Below are positions 49,057 through 59,965 of a stretch of 64,000 bases of DNA, piece by piece. How positions within the stretch are numbered: position 1 is the first letter of the stretch; every line of letters starts with the position of its first letter. The position numbers and the translations under genes were made by a program. The notes under the pieces are model-generated. The model was not told where the DNA came from. It saw nothing but the letters and a program-made list of their open reading frames with translations, and did not search any database. The stretch comes from Candidatus Poribacteria bacterium (GTDB taxonomy: Bacteria > Poribacteria > WGA-4E > PCPOR2b). The stretch covers positions 1,664,001-1,728,000 of the forward strand of contig OZ242351.1 of assembly GCA_965208675.1 (NCBI GenBank). The letters run 5' to 3'.

Positions 49057-51912
49057 TTACGGTTTCGCGCCGAGTTGCCGTAAACGCTCTTCTGCGTCTT
49101 CTTTCCATTGGGTAGGGGGATTTAACTTGAGAAATTTCTTCCATCGATCAATGGCTTGTTGCTTTTTGCCGTTGTATTCATACATCAACGCGAGATTGTA
49201 GTTAGCACTGATGTCTTTGGGGGTTAACTGCAGCACGCGTTCGAACTGCTCCGCCGCGGAGCCGAGTTGATTCAGATAATAGAGGGTATTCCCGTAGTTA
49301 AGAATTGTCTCCGCATGGTCAGGTTCTAGCTCGAGCGCCTTCTCTAGAGTTTCTTTGGCGCGCCCCATATTCAGCCCAAACATACCGTAGAGATCGCCGA
49401 GCCGTTGATAGGAACGAACTGATTTCGGATTGACAGTGACCTCTGCCTCGTAATGTTGGATGGCTTCTTTAAATTTTTGTCCTTTCTCGGCAATCGATCC
49501 AAGCTGAAAGGATACGTCCATGTATGCCGGCTCGAGTTCGCGGGTTATTTGGAAGACCTCTTTGGCTTTTTCAAATTGATCGAGGTCGAGGTAGGTCATA
49601 CCGAGAAAATAGTGGGCATCAACGTTCTCCGGTTCGAGAGCGATGACCTTTTTGAAATCTTCCGCAATCTGGCTGCTGCGGTAAAGCGCGTCGCCAATCT
49701 GTTTGTAATGGCGGATGAGCACCCCGCGATGAAAGTAGGCGGGTGCATAATCTGATTTGAGTTCAATCGTCTTGCCGTACGCTTCCACTGCCATCGCTGC
49801 GTATTTGTCATAGTCCTCCAGCGTCCGGGCGTGGCGATCCAGCAGGCGGGCATAACGAAAATGCCAATCATATCGGCTGTCGCCGTGTTGGTTGGCAAGC
49901 CCAAAGTGTACGATTGCCTTTTCAACTTCCGAACGCTCTTCATAGATTGCGCCGAGATCGTATTGCGCCTGCGGATGGTCGGGTTCAATCGCCAATCCCA
50001 ATTCATAGACGCGGACGACGTTATCCATTTCACCCCGTTGATGATAGATTGCCCCTAGCCGCATGAAAGGTTGAGCGCTTGATTCATCAAGCAAGATTGT
50101 TTTCTCGTACCGAGCGACAGCGTTGTCTACGTCGCCCATTTGCTCATACAACATGCCTGCCTGAAACTGTGCGCCAACGTGGTTCGAATCTAGGTGCACC
50201 GCTTGTAGGAATGCGTCGAGGGCGTCTTCGGGGCGATTCAACTGGATGTGCGACAAGCCCGAAATATAGTGCGCTTCGACGTTCGCCGGATCGATAGCGA
50301 TTAGCTGCCGAAGCGGTTCGATCGCGCTTTGCGGGTCGTTCCGTTTCACGTAAATTTTCGCGGTTCGCATTAAGGCATCCTGATAATGCGGATCCAGTTG
50401 GATCACTTGGCCGTAACCATGAAGCGCTTTATCCAGAAATTCTCCCGCCTCGTAGCTGCGCCCAAGAATGTAGGCGGCTTCGATGTGTTCCGGATATATG
50501 AGGAGGAATTTGTTGAGCGGTTCGATAGCCTGATGATACCGTTCCTTGTCGTAAGCGGCTTTGCCCCGATCGAAAAAATGCTGTTCCCGTTCCGGCGCTA
50601 ATTCTATTGCGCGTCGATACACCGCAGCCGCACGCTCATTGTTGCCGTGTTGATAGTGGAGATTTCCCAATGACTCATAGGCGTCGCGAAAATCGCCCCC
50701 CGGTAATTCTGTCTTCAAGTGTGTTTGATCCGCCTCAATGAGTTCCACCGTTTTTTCGTAGTATCGGATAGCCGCCGACGGATTTCCAGCGTCAACTTCC
50801 ATTTGGGCGTAATAGAAATATCCGCGCGGATCGGCTGGATTCAGCGCCACCGCTCTATCTAGCAGCGATTTCGCCGCATCGATTCCAATTTGATTTGTGT
50901 GATATTGCGCAAATTGCTGAATGAAGTAATCTTTGATTGCAGCATCAGCATCGAACGCACTTTTATAGTGTTCAATGGCAAGGCCGCGCTGATTATTGTC
51001 GTAGTAGATATCGCCAACTTGAAGGTGAGCGGGAGCGTAGCTCGAATCAACTTCAATTGCGCGCCGGTATAAGGCAATCGCACCGTCTGGTTTGCCTTTT
51101 TGCTCAAAAATCTCGCCTAGTTCATACAAGACCTGCGCTGTGTAGGCTTGGTGCTTGGCGGCGCTCTCGTAGGTCTTGAGCGCCTCCTCGAAGCGATTTT
51201 CACTGGCGAGCACCTGCCCGAGTTTGTAATATGCAGGCGCAAATTTCTTGTCTCGGCGAATGGTACCCTCAAGCGCCGTTCGTGCGGCATTCAACTCGCC
51301 TCGTTTGAGATAGACTGCCGCCAGCCCGTAGTGGGCATAAACCCAGTTGGGATTGATTCCCAACGCCATCTGAAAGGATTTGAACGCATCATCGAATTTG
51401 TCTAGCTGAAGTTGAATTTCTCCCTGTTTATAGTAAGCGGAATAAAATTCGGAGTTCAAGCGGAGGCAGGTTTCTATCTCTCGCAGCGCATCATCATACC
51501 GCCCTGTTTGTTGGTAGACGCCGCTCAGGCTATAGTGCGCCATGGGTAAATTCGCTTGCAGGGAAATGGCGCGTTGAAACTGCGATTCGGCTTTTTCTAG
51601 CGCCTCGTCACCGCCGCCAATCGCGTAAGCATAACCCAATCCATAATGCACATCGGCATCCGCGCCGCCAGCGGTGACATCTGACTCGTACAAGCTGATG
51701 AGGTCTGTGAGATGACCCTTTTCCCGCCATTTGTTGACTAAGCCGCGATGCCGCTCCAATTTCTTATGGGCGGCGTTGAGTATCTCGGCATAGTCTTTCT
51801 CCAATGCTTCGCGCCATTTCTCCGCGTTATCTCCGTACGCCGATAAAATCCATACGTTTACCCAGACGGACATCGCGAATATGCATATCGAAGTGAAACT
51901 AGATTTACTCAT
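49057..51912 (-). CDS. Secreted all-TPR protein
   Basis: Signal peptide followed by continuous 34-aa TPR consensus repeats over ~900 aa. Confidence 0.92.
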   Translation of the reverse strand: MSKSSFTSICIFAMSVWVNVWILSAYGDNAEKWREALEKDYAEILNAAHKKLERHRGLVNKWREKGHLTDLISLYESDVTAGGADADVHYGLGYAYAIGGGDEALEKAESQFQRAISLQANLPMAHYSLSGVYQQTGRYDDALREIETCLRLNSEFYSAYYKQGEIQLQLDKFDDAFKSFQMALGINPNWVYAHYGLAAVYLKRGELNAARTALEGTIRRDKKFAPAYYKLGQVLASENRFEEALKTYESAAKHQAYTAQVLYELGEIFEQKGKPDGAIALYRRAIEVDSSYAPAHLQVGDIYYDNNQRGLAIEHYKSAFDADAAIKDYFIQQFAQYHTNQIGIDAAKSLLDRAVALNPADPRGYFYYAQMEVDAGNPSAAIRYYEKTVELIEADQTHLKTELPGGDFRDAYESLGNLHYQHGNNERAAAVYRRAIELAPEREQHFFDRGKAAYDKERYHQAIEPLNKFLLIYPEHIEAAYILGRSYEAGEFLDKALHGYGQVIQLDPHYQDALMRTAKIYVKRNDPQSAIEPLRQLIAIDPANVEAHYISGLSHIQLNRPEDALDAFLQAVHLDSNHVGAQFQAGMLYEQMGDVDNAVARYEKTILLDESSAQPFMRLGAIYHQRGEMDNVVRVYELGLAIEPDHPQAQYDLGAIYEERSEVEKAIVHFGLANQHGDSRYDWHFRYARLLDRHARTLEDYDKYAAMAVEAYGKTIELKSDYAPAYFHRGVLIRHYKQIGDALYRSSQIAEDFKKVIALEPENVDAHYFLGMTYLDLDQFEKAKEVFQITRELEPAYMDVSFQLGSIAEKGQKFKEAIQHYEAEVTVNPKSVRSYQRLGDLYGMFGLNMGRAKETLEKALELEPDHAETILNYGNTLYYLNQLGSAAEQFERVLQLTPKDISANYNLALMYEYNGKKQQAIDRWKKFLKLNPPTQWKEDAEERLRQLGAKP

Positions 51913-52086
51913 ACCTCACGCCTTCCTTATTGCGCGCTTTACACTGCGAACTCCTTTTACATTGTGTATAAAGATACCATATTTGATTGGGGTTTGCCAT
52001 GTTTGTTATTCCGCCACTATACTGGTTTAGTGTAAGAACCAACCTGCTTGTATTAGTTTCCTCGGCAAAAGAGGTGCTTCTTCCTC

Positions 52087-52120
52087 TTGACAGATTCAAG
52101 GGATAAAGTGTATCCTTGAT
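52087..52120 (+). promoter_or_regulatory. Promoter with overlapping imperfect palindrome upstream of the TRAP operon
   Basis: TTGACA at 52087, TATCCT at 52111; TCAAGG(G)ATA...TATCCTTGA dyad covers the spacer and -10. Confidence 0.45.
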
Positions 52121-52192
52121 TTAGATTTTCTTTGTACCGCTTTAAGTCAAAAACCACCGTTCTTACCGGACGCTTCCGAGGGGACATCATTT

Positions 52193-53170
52193 ATGAATTA
52201 TTCGAAAAATCTGAGATTCTTACGAATACTAATGGTGGTTGCCGGAATACTCGTTGCGGCGAAGAGCGCGGCAGCCGAAAAACGCCAATTTCTAAGTGTT
52301 GGGACTGCCCCGCCCGGTGGTGCGTTTTTCGTCGTAGGCAGCGCGATCGCGCAAGTTGTCAGCGAAAATCAGGCTGACCGCGGCTGGATAGTTTCCGCGG
52401 AAGCAACGAAGGGCACACAGGAGAATATCCGGCGCCTGAGCAAGGGTGAGTTGGAGTTTGCCCTCGCCAACGCAGCCATCTCTTACTTTGCCGTTCGCGG
52501 TGAAGGGGCATGGAAACAGAAATACACCATTCAAACTGTAATGACGCTTGCACCGAATGTAGCGCTTTTCATCACGCCTAAACGCTCCGGAGTAAAACGA
52601 ATCGCTGATCTGAAAGAGAAGCGCGTAGTTGTCGGGCCGGCAGGTGCGGGATTCGAGTATTTTCTCAAGCCGATTTTGGCGGCTCACGGCGTGGCGTACG
52701 AAGATTTCACACCGCTCCATAACACGCAGTCGGGCGCAGTCGATATGCTCGCCGACGGTTCAGCTGCCGCGGCGTTTCTGGGCGGAGCTGTGCCTACGGC
52801 ATCAATTCTACAGGCTTGCGCTTCGCAGGATATCCACTTCATTCCTTATCAAGAGGCGGCGAAACAGCGGCTGTTTGATGACTACCCGTTTTTTAACGCC
52901 GCCACGATTCCTGCAGCGACTTACCGGAACCAGAACGAACCGTTCAACGGCGTGAATGTTGGCGCGATGCACCTGATTACCAACGCTGATGTGGATGAAG
53001 AAACGGTTTACCATTTCACCAAAATCCTCTACGAACACCAAGCGGACGTTGCTGAAATTCATCCTGCGGGCAAAGCGATTAACCCCAAAAACGTCGTAAA
53101 GCACACCGGTACGCCGTTCCACCCGGGCGCAATTCGTTACTACAAAGATATCGGGATATGGCCGGAGTAG
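52193..53170 (+). CDS. TAXI family TRAP substrate-binding protein
   Basis: GTAPPGGAFF, ATKGTQENI, PFHPGAIRYY. Confidence 0.92.
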   Translation: MNYSKNLRFLRILMVVAGILVAAKSAAAEKRQFLSVGTAPPGGAFFVVGSAIAQVVSENQADRGWIVSAEATKGTQENIRRLSKGELEFALANAAISYFAVRGEGAWKQKYTIQTVMTLAPNVALFITPKRSGVKRIADLKEKRVVVGPAGAGFEYFLKPILAAHGVAYEDFTPLHNTQSGAVDMLADGSAAAAFLGGAVPTASILQACASQDIHFIPYQEAAKQRLFDDYPFFNAATIPAATYRNQNEPFNGVNVGAMHLITNADVDEETVYHFTKILYEHQADVAEIHPAGKAINPKNVVKHTGTPFHPGAIRYYKDIGIWPE

Positions 53171-53232
53171 CATTTTTCCGAAATCAGCCCTAACCGCATT
53201 AGACCGCATAATAAAGTTACGTTCGTGAATAG

Positions 53233-55203
53233 ATGAACTTCCTCCAACCAATCCGCAACACTCTTTTCCCAATCCTCGCCGTGCTTCTCAGTCTGTTTAT
53301 CTTGATTGAGGTCAATTTTCCTCACCTGTTACCGCAATCTCAGTTGGCAATTTTTGGGATGTTGGGATTAATCCTGGTCTTTCTGAAATATCCCCTGCAC
53401 CGCAGATTTGAAGGCCGGGCTGCGTTTCAGATTCTCGATTACATTTTTGTTATCGCCACCGTGGTCAGCTTCGGTTATATTCTGGTTCAGACCGAACCCA
53501 TGTTTGAACGGCTTTGGATTGACGACCAGCCGCTTGGGCAACGCGCAGGCTCGGAACGATTTGGAGATTACTTCATCGGGTTGATTGGCGTCCTTTTGGT
53601 TTTGGAGGCGACACGGCGCGCTATCGGCCTGGCTTTGCCGATTCTTTCATTGATTTTTTTACTTTATGCGGGTTTTCGGTCGTCCATGCCCATTTGGCTA
53701 TTTCCTCACAAGGACCAGTCTTTGGAACGCATCATTAGCCACACTTTTTTGCAAAGCCAGGGTGTTTTTGGCATCGCCCTGAATGTCATGTTTAAGTATG
53801 TATTTCTCTTCGTTCTTTTCGGGACATTATTGGAAAAAACCGGGGCAACTGGATATATCATTGGCTTTGCTAAGCGTCTTTTTCGCTCAAGCTCGGGGGG
53901 CGCCGCCAAGATTGCGGTCCTCAGCAGTGGAATGATGGGGTCCCTGTCCGGCAGTGCCGTCGCCAATACAGCTACCACCGGCACCTTCACTATCCCGTTG
54001 ATGAGAAGTGTCGGTTTCAAACCTGATATCGCGGGCGGCGTAGAAGCGGCTGCCAGTTCAGGCGGCGCGTTAGTTCCGCCCATTATGGGTGCGGGAGCTT
54101 ACATGATGCTTGAGATTGTTCAACCGTCGGTTACCTATCTTGAAATCATCAAATCGGCGCTGATTCCTGCTGTTCTCTACTACACGGCGCTCTTGTTGAT
54201 TGTTCACTTTTACGCCGGACGTGCCAATTCAAGCACAGATGCCGGCACAACACCAGGAGCGAATGCCGAAGTTTCAGATTTGCCCTCGGGAGCGTCGGGA
54301 CGCGCCGCACCGATTCAGGGGTTCATTTTTTTGAGCGCATTTGCCTCGCTCATAGTCTTTTTGATTATCGGGTACACGCCTTTCCGGTCAGTCAGCTTAA
54401 GTTTGCTCCTAGTTTTGGTTCTGAGTGCGTTTAATAAACAAACTCGGGTCGACATCAAGGGGATTGCTGCAGCTATGGAAAAGGCTGCCCATGGCGGCGT
54501 TTCGCTGGTTGCGGCGGCGTCGTGTGTGGGGCTGATCCTCGGCGTTGTGACGCTGACAGACATCGGCAGGAATCTGGCGGGCGTCCTTTTGCCGCTTGCC
54601 GAAAACAACCTAATCCTCGGATTGATGCTCCTGATGGTGTCGACCATAATCCTGGGGATGGGGCTGCCTTCGTCGGTGTGTTATCTGCTAATGGCAACCT
54701 TGGTCGGTCCGATTCTGCGGGAATTGGGACTCGTACCACTCGCCGCACATCTGTTCATCTTTTATTTCGGTATGATGTCCATGGTGACACCACCGGTGGC
54801 GTTAGCAGCATATACGGCGGCTGCAATCGCGGACGCGGGTATCATGAAAACGGCATTCGCCGCTTTCCGTTTCGCACTTGTGGGATTTGCCTTACCCTAC
54901 GCGTTCGTTCTGCGTCCGGAATTGTTGCTCTTATCTCCAGATGGAGGCTCGGCGGGGTTCTTCGCTATCGCGGGCGGCGTCCTAATCACCGCTATTGGCA
55001 TCGTTCCGTTGGCGGCGAGTGTTTCCGGCTATTGGTTCGGACCGCTTAATTTATGGCAGCGTGGCGTATTGCTCGGCGCCGCAATCGTCTTCTTTTTTGC
55101 CCCCTCGGCGGGTACACAGATTTGGATGCAAGCGCTGGCATTCATCGTTGTTGTAATCGTAGGTATTACAAATCGGCGCGCCGTACATGCAGAACGTGCG
55201 TAA
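53233..55203 (+). CDS. TRAP transporter fused 4TM/12TM permease
   Basis: SGSAVANTATTG, EAAASSGG..PPIMGAGA, LGMGLP, TPPVALAA. Confidence 0.93.
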   Translation: MNFLQPIRNTLFPILAVLLSLFILIEVNFPHLLPQSQLAIFGMLGLILVFLKYPLHRRFEGRAAFQILDYIFVIATVVSFGYILVQTEPMFERLWIDDQPLGQRAGSERFGDYFIGLIGVLLVLEATRRAIGLALPILSLIFLLYAGFRSSMPIWLFPHKDQSLERIISHTFLQSQGVFGIALNVMFKYVFLFVLFGTLLEKTGATGYIIGFAKRLFRSSSGGAAKIAVLSSGMMGSLSGSAVANTATTGTFTIPLMRSVGFKPDIAGGVEAAASSGGALVPPIMGAGAYMMLEIVQPSVTYLEIIKSALIPAVLYYTALLLIVHFYAGRANSSTDAGTTPGANAEVSDLPSGASGRAAPIQGFIFLSAFASLIVFLIIGYTPFRSVSLSLLLVLVLSAFNKQTRVDIKGIAAAMEKAAHGGVSLVAAASCVGLILGVVTLTDIGRNLAGVLLPLAENNLILGLMLLMVSTIILGMGLPSSVCYLLMATLVGPILRELGLVPLAAHLFIFYFGMMSMVTPPVALAAYTAAAIADAGIMKTAFAAFRFALVGFALPYAFVLRPELLLLSPDGGSAGFFAIAGGVLITAIGIVPLAASVSGYWFGPLNLWQRGVLLGAAIVFFFAPSAGTQIWMQALAFIVVVIVGITNRRAVHAERA

Positions 55204-55282
55204 ATAATTAGCAGACATCACCTCGCTTGGGGTAAGCCAAGTCACAAGCATCGATACCTGAATTCTGTGTTCAATCGCAACT

Positions 55283-56575
55283 ATGAAAATTGCTTATATT
55301 GCTGCTGGTGCCGCAGGCATGTATTGCGGCACCTGCATTCATGATAATACACTTGCCGCAGCGTTGCAAGCGAAGGGGCACGAGGTTGCCCTCATCCCTA
55401 CCTATACTCCTATTCGGACCGATGAGGTTGATGTCAGCATAGACCGCATCTTTTTCGGTGGGATCAACGTATATCTTCAACAGAAGTTAGCGCTATTCCG
55501 TCACACGCCCTGGTTATTCGATCGATTATTCGACGCGCCTACACTGTTGAATGGGTTATCTCGTTTTAGCGCCTCAACCAATGCTAAGGATTTGGGTGAA
55601 CTCACCGTTTCTGTGCTTCAGGGAGAGGATGGGCGGCAGAAAAAGGAACTGGCGAAACTCGTCAAATGGCTGCAGGATTCCTATCGACCGGATATTGTTC
55701 AGCTTACCAATTCCATGTTTGTGGGGTTTGCTAAGGAGATAAAGCGGGAGATGGATGTACCTGTCGTTTGCGCATTTCAAGGGGAGGATATTTTTCTGGA
55801 AGCACTTATCGAACCGTACAAATCTCATGCGCTAGATTTGCTTCGGGCGCGGGCGTCTGACGTTGATGCGTTCATTGCGCCCTGCCGATACTATGCCGAA
55901 TTTATGGCAAGATTTCTCGACATCCCTGCCGAGCGGATAAACGTCGTGAAGTTGGGGTTGAACCTTGATGGGCACGGCGTGAATCAAGGGGAGCCAATCG
56001 GCGATGCGCCTTTTGTTATCGGTTACTTAGCCCGTATTTGCCCAGAAAAAGGGTTGCATCTGCTAGTGGATGCCTTTCACCAACTCACACAGCAAGTGGG
56101 CGCGAACCAGATACGGCTCAAGGCCGCCGGTTATCTGAACAAGAGAGATGAGGCTTATTTTAAAGAGATTGTTAACCAAATTGAAGCGTGGGGATTGACA
56201 GATTCATTTGAATATTGGGGCGAGATTGACCGCGCACAAAAGATTCAGTTTCTCAACGTCCTTCACGTATTGTCTGTACCGACAACGTACAGGGAATCTA
56301 AAGGGCTTTACGTCTTGGAAGCGCTCGCCAACGGCGTCCCTGTCGTTCAGCCGCGGCACGGCGCCTTCCCCGAATTGATAACGGAGACCGGCGGCGGAAT
56401 ATTGGTGGACGCCCATTCTCCTGACGCAATCGCTTCTGGTATTCATCAATTGATGACAGACAAAACCCATCGGCGTGAATTGGGATCCGCGGGAAAAGAA
56501 ACTGTACATAGAGCGTACAGCGATGATGCTATGGCAAATGCAATTCTAGAGGTTTATAGCGCCAGCCTGCGGTAA
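55283..56575 (+). CDS. GT4 family glycosyltransferase
   Basis: GYLARICPEKG, ESKGLYVLEALANGVPVV; N-terminal YCGTC. Confidence 0.88.
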   Translation: MKIAYIAAGAAGMYCGTCIHDNTLAAALQAKGHEVALIPTYTPIRTDEVDVSIDRIFFGGINVYLQQKLALFRHTPWLFDRLFDAPTLLNGLSRFSASTNAKDLGELTVSVLQGEDGRQKKELAKLVKWLQDSYRPDIVQLTNSMFVGFAKEIKREMDVPVVCAFQGEDIFLEALIEPYKSHALDLLRARASDVDAFIAPCRYYAEFMARFLDIPAERINVVKLGLNLDGHGVNQGEPIGDAPFVIGYLARICPEKGLHLLVDAFHQLTQQVGANQIRLKAAGYLNKRDEAYFKEIVNQIEAWGLTDSFEYWGEIDRAQKIQFLNVLHVLSVPTTYRESKGLYVLEALANGVPVVQPRHGAFPELITETGGGILVDAHSPDAIASGIHQLMTDKTHRRELGSAGKETVHRAYSDDAMANAILEVYSASLR

Positions 56576-56732
56576 CTTAACTGTGACGAGGAAGGTGGAA
56601 GCGTTCAGAGTAATGAGACAGGGAATAGAATAGGGACGTATGTAAATTAGAGGATTGGTTAAACTTCAGAAATAACGTGAGACGCTTGACACTTTCTCAT
56701 GCTACTCTTCCATGTTCTTTCGCCGTTTATCA

Positions 56733-58043
56733 TCAATGTTTGCGTTTTTCCAGCATTACCGCTTGTGCGATTGCGTGGAAGACTTCATCAATCTCTGATA
56801 TTTCGATACAAGAAAACGCTACGCGCAGATCTGTTTTCCCAATCGAGATTACGCCGATGCCGTAGTCGTCGAGAAGTCGTTGGCGCACAGTCTCCGCGTT
56901 CGCAGACTTCAGGCGTAAGCACATAAAATATCCTGCGTTGAATGGATAAACATCCCAGAGAGGTGCATACTGCCTATGTGCAGCTACCGTTCTCACCCTT
57001 AAAGCGCGACATTTCAATATCTCATTTTTCTGATTTCTCTCAAGAGTGTATTGCGGAGAATCCATTGCTTCCAATACCAGAGTTTGCGAGAGTTGAGATG
57101 CGCCCGATGTATTTGCACGAATCAACGCGGTAATTTTTTCCTCCATCCCTTTCATCAACTCCCCATCCAGACCAAATGTAAGAAACCCTATCCGCAGCCC
57201 CCATGCATACTCCTCTTTGGTTGCGCCATCAATTTTGACCGGTATGACGTTCGGATGGGTATCCACCAGCCAGCCGAAGATTGACTCTCGCAGGACGTTG
57301 TCATCGTACCATAGTCCAAAGTAGGCATCATCGACAAGCACAAGTAAGCGGCAGCCTGATGCTGCAACTTGAGTAATGGCTTGTGTCATCTCTTCGGCTT
57401 CTTCCGTCGTAATTGCGTAGCCGGTGGGATTGTGCGGGAAGTTGAGAAGCACAATTAGCTTGTCGGTAGTTCGGCTAACTTCAATAAGCGCGTCGCGAAA
57501 ACCTGACGCGTTAAATTGCCCATTTGAATTATAGAAGGGATAGGTCTGAATGTTTGCCCCGCATTTCGTTTGAAAAATCAGCCGGTAATTTCCCCAGATT
57601 TTGTCCGGCATAACAAGTGTATCATCCGAATTAACGAAGAGATCTCCAATTAAACTGAAACCGTGCGTCAGTCCACACGTAACAATGGGTAGACTAAACC
57701 CCTTGCCTTTGAGCGATGGGTTCTCAACTTCCAATCTAGCTTTCCATCTCAACCGCAACCCCATTTGTCCAAGCGCCGGTGCATACCCGTAGACGCGGCT
57801 CGGATCAATTTCCGGTACAAATTGATGTGAACTCGGGAGATGCATAACCTCCCCGTTTTCAAGCGCGATCGCCCGCGTCGCATTGAATCGGTTTGCGCGT
57901 TGGGCTGCTTCAGCACTCTGACTCAAAATACCCTTCGGAAGGTAAATTCGAGTTCCGAGTGATGAGAGCAAATCAGCGGCAATTGGGGTCGCCAATCGGA
58001 TTTTTTCATTCAGTTCAACAGCAAAACGGGTTAACGTTTCCAT
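56733..58043 (-). CDS. PLP-dependent aminotransferase class I/II
   Basis: NFPHNPTGY, DDAY, DGATKE...GLRIG; ATG 58043 preferred over the track's 58151. Confidence 0.9.
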   Translation of the reverse strand: METLTRFAVELNEKIRLATPIAADLLSSLGTRIYLPKGILSQSAEAAQRANRFNATRAIALENGEVMHLPSSHQFVPEIDPSRVYGYAPALGQMGLRLRWKARLEVENPSLKGKGFSLPIVTCGLTHGFSLIGDLFVNSDDTLVMPDKIWGNYRLIFQTKCGANIQTYPFYNSNGQFNASGFRDALIEVSRTTDKLIVLLNFPHNPTGYAITTEEAEEMTQAITQVAASGCRLLVLVDDAYFGLWYDDNVLRESIFGWLVDTHPNVIPVKIDGATKEEYAWGLRIGFLTFGLDGELMKGMEEKITALIRANTSGASQLSQTLVLEAMDSPQYTLERNQKNEILKCRALRVRTVAAHRQYAPLWDVYPFNAGYFMCLRLKSANAETVRQRLLDDYGIGVISIGKTDLRVAFSCIEISEIDEVFHAIAQAVMLEKRKH

Positions 58044-58275
58044 CTTTATCTTTTCCGTGGGATTGTGTCGGCGGCTTTCTTGTATACACCTTCTTCTTGA
58101 TAGTAATTGAAACCGAATCATTTGTAAAGTGTAAATTGCCAATCGCAACAACCCATTAGAATTAAGCCATGATTAACTGCCCTAACGTTCACGCGATCCA
58201 CAATAGATGCGTACGGCGTAGTCATCAGCAACATGTGCGGAATACTATACATGCTGCAGGAGGTCTAAATCGGGA

Positions 58276-59838
58276 ATGACAGGCGGCGAATTGATTGTTA
58301 AATTGCTCGAATTGCACGGTATCCGCCACATCTTTAGCACGCCCGGCGACCAAGTCAAGATTATTTCTGATGCCCTGCACAGTTGCCAAAAGATTGGGTA
58401 TTACACAGCTCAAACCAGCCAAGCCGCGTCGTTTATGGCGGATGGGTACGCACGTGCAACGGGCAATGTCGGTGTGTGCATTACTCCCGGCGGTGGCTCG
58501 GCGGTTAATACTGCCGTCAGCCTTGCGGCGGCTTATGCTGATAGCATTCCGTTATTGCTTATCACTGGACAAGTCCCGTCGCCGGGGTTGCCGTCTACGG
58601 GAACCAAAGAGAAACATAAGGGATACAATGAGCATGTCAATCTTTTCGACCTGTTCAAACCAATCGTCAAATGGAACGCAAGGATTGACAGCGCTGCTTC
58701 GCTCCCATCAGCGACGGCTCGGGCGTTCAAAGCGTTGCAAACTGGGAGGCGTAGGCCTGTCCATCTGGAAATCCCTGTGGATTTACTGGCTAGCGAAATG
58801 AATGAACCTGTTGCCTTAAAGGCGGCGCCTATTCGAAAAACGCCCGGTGGTTCACCCTCACTGAACGCACTTGCTGCTGAATTATTGGTACGAGCGAAAT
58901 CTCCGCTTATAATTGCTGGCGGGGGAGTGGTGTCGGCAAAGGCAGAGGTAGAACTCATGCAAATTGCTGAACGGCTGAACGCCCCTGTTTGTACAACTCC
59001 AATGAGCAAGGGGGTGGTTCCGCCAGGCCATTTATTGTCCGCGGGATTAACATTGCATGCTCCATCACCAGAAACGCATGAGAATTACCAGATTTTTCCA
59101 CTTATCAAACAAGCAGATGTGGTTTTATCCGTTGGGTGCAGTATGTCTCAACGAACAGCGGGGAATTGGAACACGCACTCGCTGCCAAATCTTATCCAGA
59201 TTGATATTGACGAAAAAGAGATTGGCCGGAACTACCCCGTCCGGATTGGTATTGTAGCCGACGCAAAAGAAGCGCTCGCTCAACTCATCCAAGCCATCGA
59301 CAACGGTGCGGGAACAGTTCAGAGCCATTGGCACGATTTCAGGCCTGAATTGAAGCCGCTTCCGAACCGCAACGGATTCAACCTGAAGGCGATGGAAATA
59401 CTTCGAAACGTATTGGATGAAAGTGCAATTGTTTCGGTCGGCGGGACGCACTTAGTAGATTCTATGCTCATGAATTTCGAGGTTGCCCACGCTCGGTTGT
59501 TGTTGCACACTTGTGATTTGCGGCCGATGGGATATGCACTCCCTGCGGCGATTGGCGCCAAGTGCGCACACCGTGACCGCCAAGTGGTTGCCGTGACAAA
59601 TACTGAGGAATTCTCAATGACGGGACGAGAACTGATTGAGGCGAATCAATACGGGTTAGGGATTCCTGTGATCGTCATCAATAATCACGAATCCAGCGAA
59701 AAGCCTGAAAGCGTGAAGTTTGCCGAAATGTTCGGCGTACCCGGATTTCGCGTACGCAATGACGACGAGTTTGCACCAGCGTTGAAAGAAGCGCTAATGT
59801 CAAGGGAATGTGTCCTGATAGATGTACAGCTTTCATAG
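58276..59838 (+). CDS. Acetolactate-synthase-like ThDP-family protein with degenerate catalytic motifs
   Basis: MADGYAR, AYADSIPLLLITGQ, RPVHLEIPVD, AGGGV, MGYALPAAIGAK; lacks HE and GDG. Confidence 0.85.
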   Translation: MTGGELIVKLLELHGIRHIFSTPGDQVKIISDALHSCQKIGYYTAQTSQAASFMADGYARATGNVGVCITPGGGSAVNTAVSLAAAYADSIPLLLITGQVPSPGLPSTGTKEKHKGYNEHVNLFDLFKPIVKWNARIDSAASLPSATARAFKALQTGRRRPVHLEIPVDLLASEMNEPVALKAAPIRKTPGGSPSLNALAAELLVRAKSPLIIAGGGVVSAKAEVELMQIAERLNAPVCTTPMSKGVVPPGHLLSAGLTLHAPSPETHENYQIFPLIKQADVVLSVGCSMSQRTAGNWNTHSLPNLIQIDIDEKEIGRNYPVRIGIVADAKEALAQLIQAIDNGAGTVQSHWHDFRPELKPLPNRNGFNLKAMEILRNVLDESAIVSVGGTHLVDSMLMNFEVAHARLLLHTCDLRPMGYALPAAIGAKCAHRDRQVVAVTNTEEFSMTGRELIEANQYGLGIPVIVINNHESSEKPESVKFAEMFGVPGFRVRNDDEFAPALKEALMSRECVLIDVQLS

Positions 59839-59895
59839 CTATGATATGTAAACATAATGTTCAGCCAGAACAAAGCTCCCGTGCGTCCAATTCAA

Positions 59896-59924
59896 TTGAC
59901 ACACTTGGGGGTTTATGATAGAAT
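59896..59924 (+). promoter_or_regulatory. Near-consensus sigma70 promoter for peroxiredoxin
   Basis: TTGACA-17 nt-TAGAAT with extended TG. Confidence 0.75.
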
Positions 59925-59965
59925 TTGAAACAATTTTAAGGCTGCTGTAGAAAGGATTTAATGGT

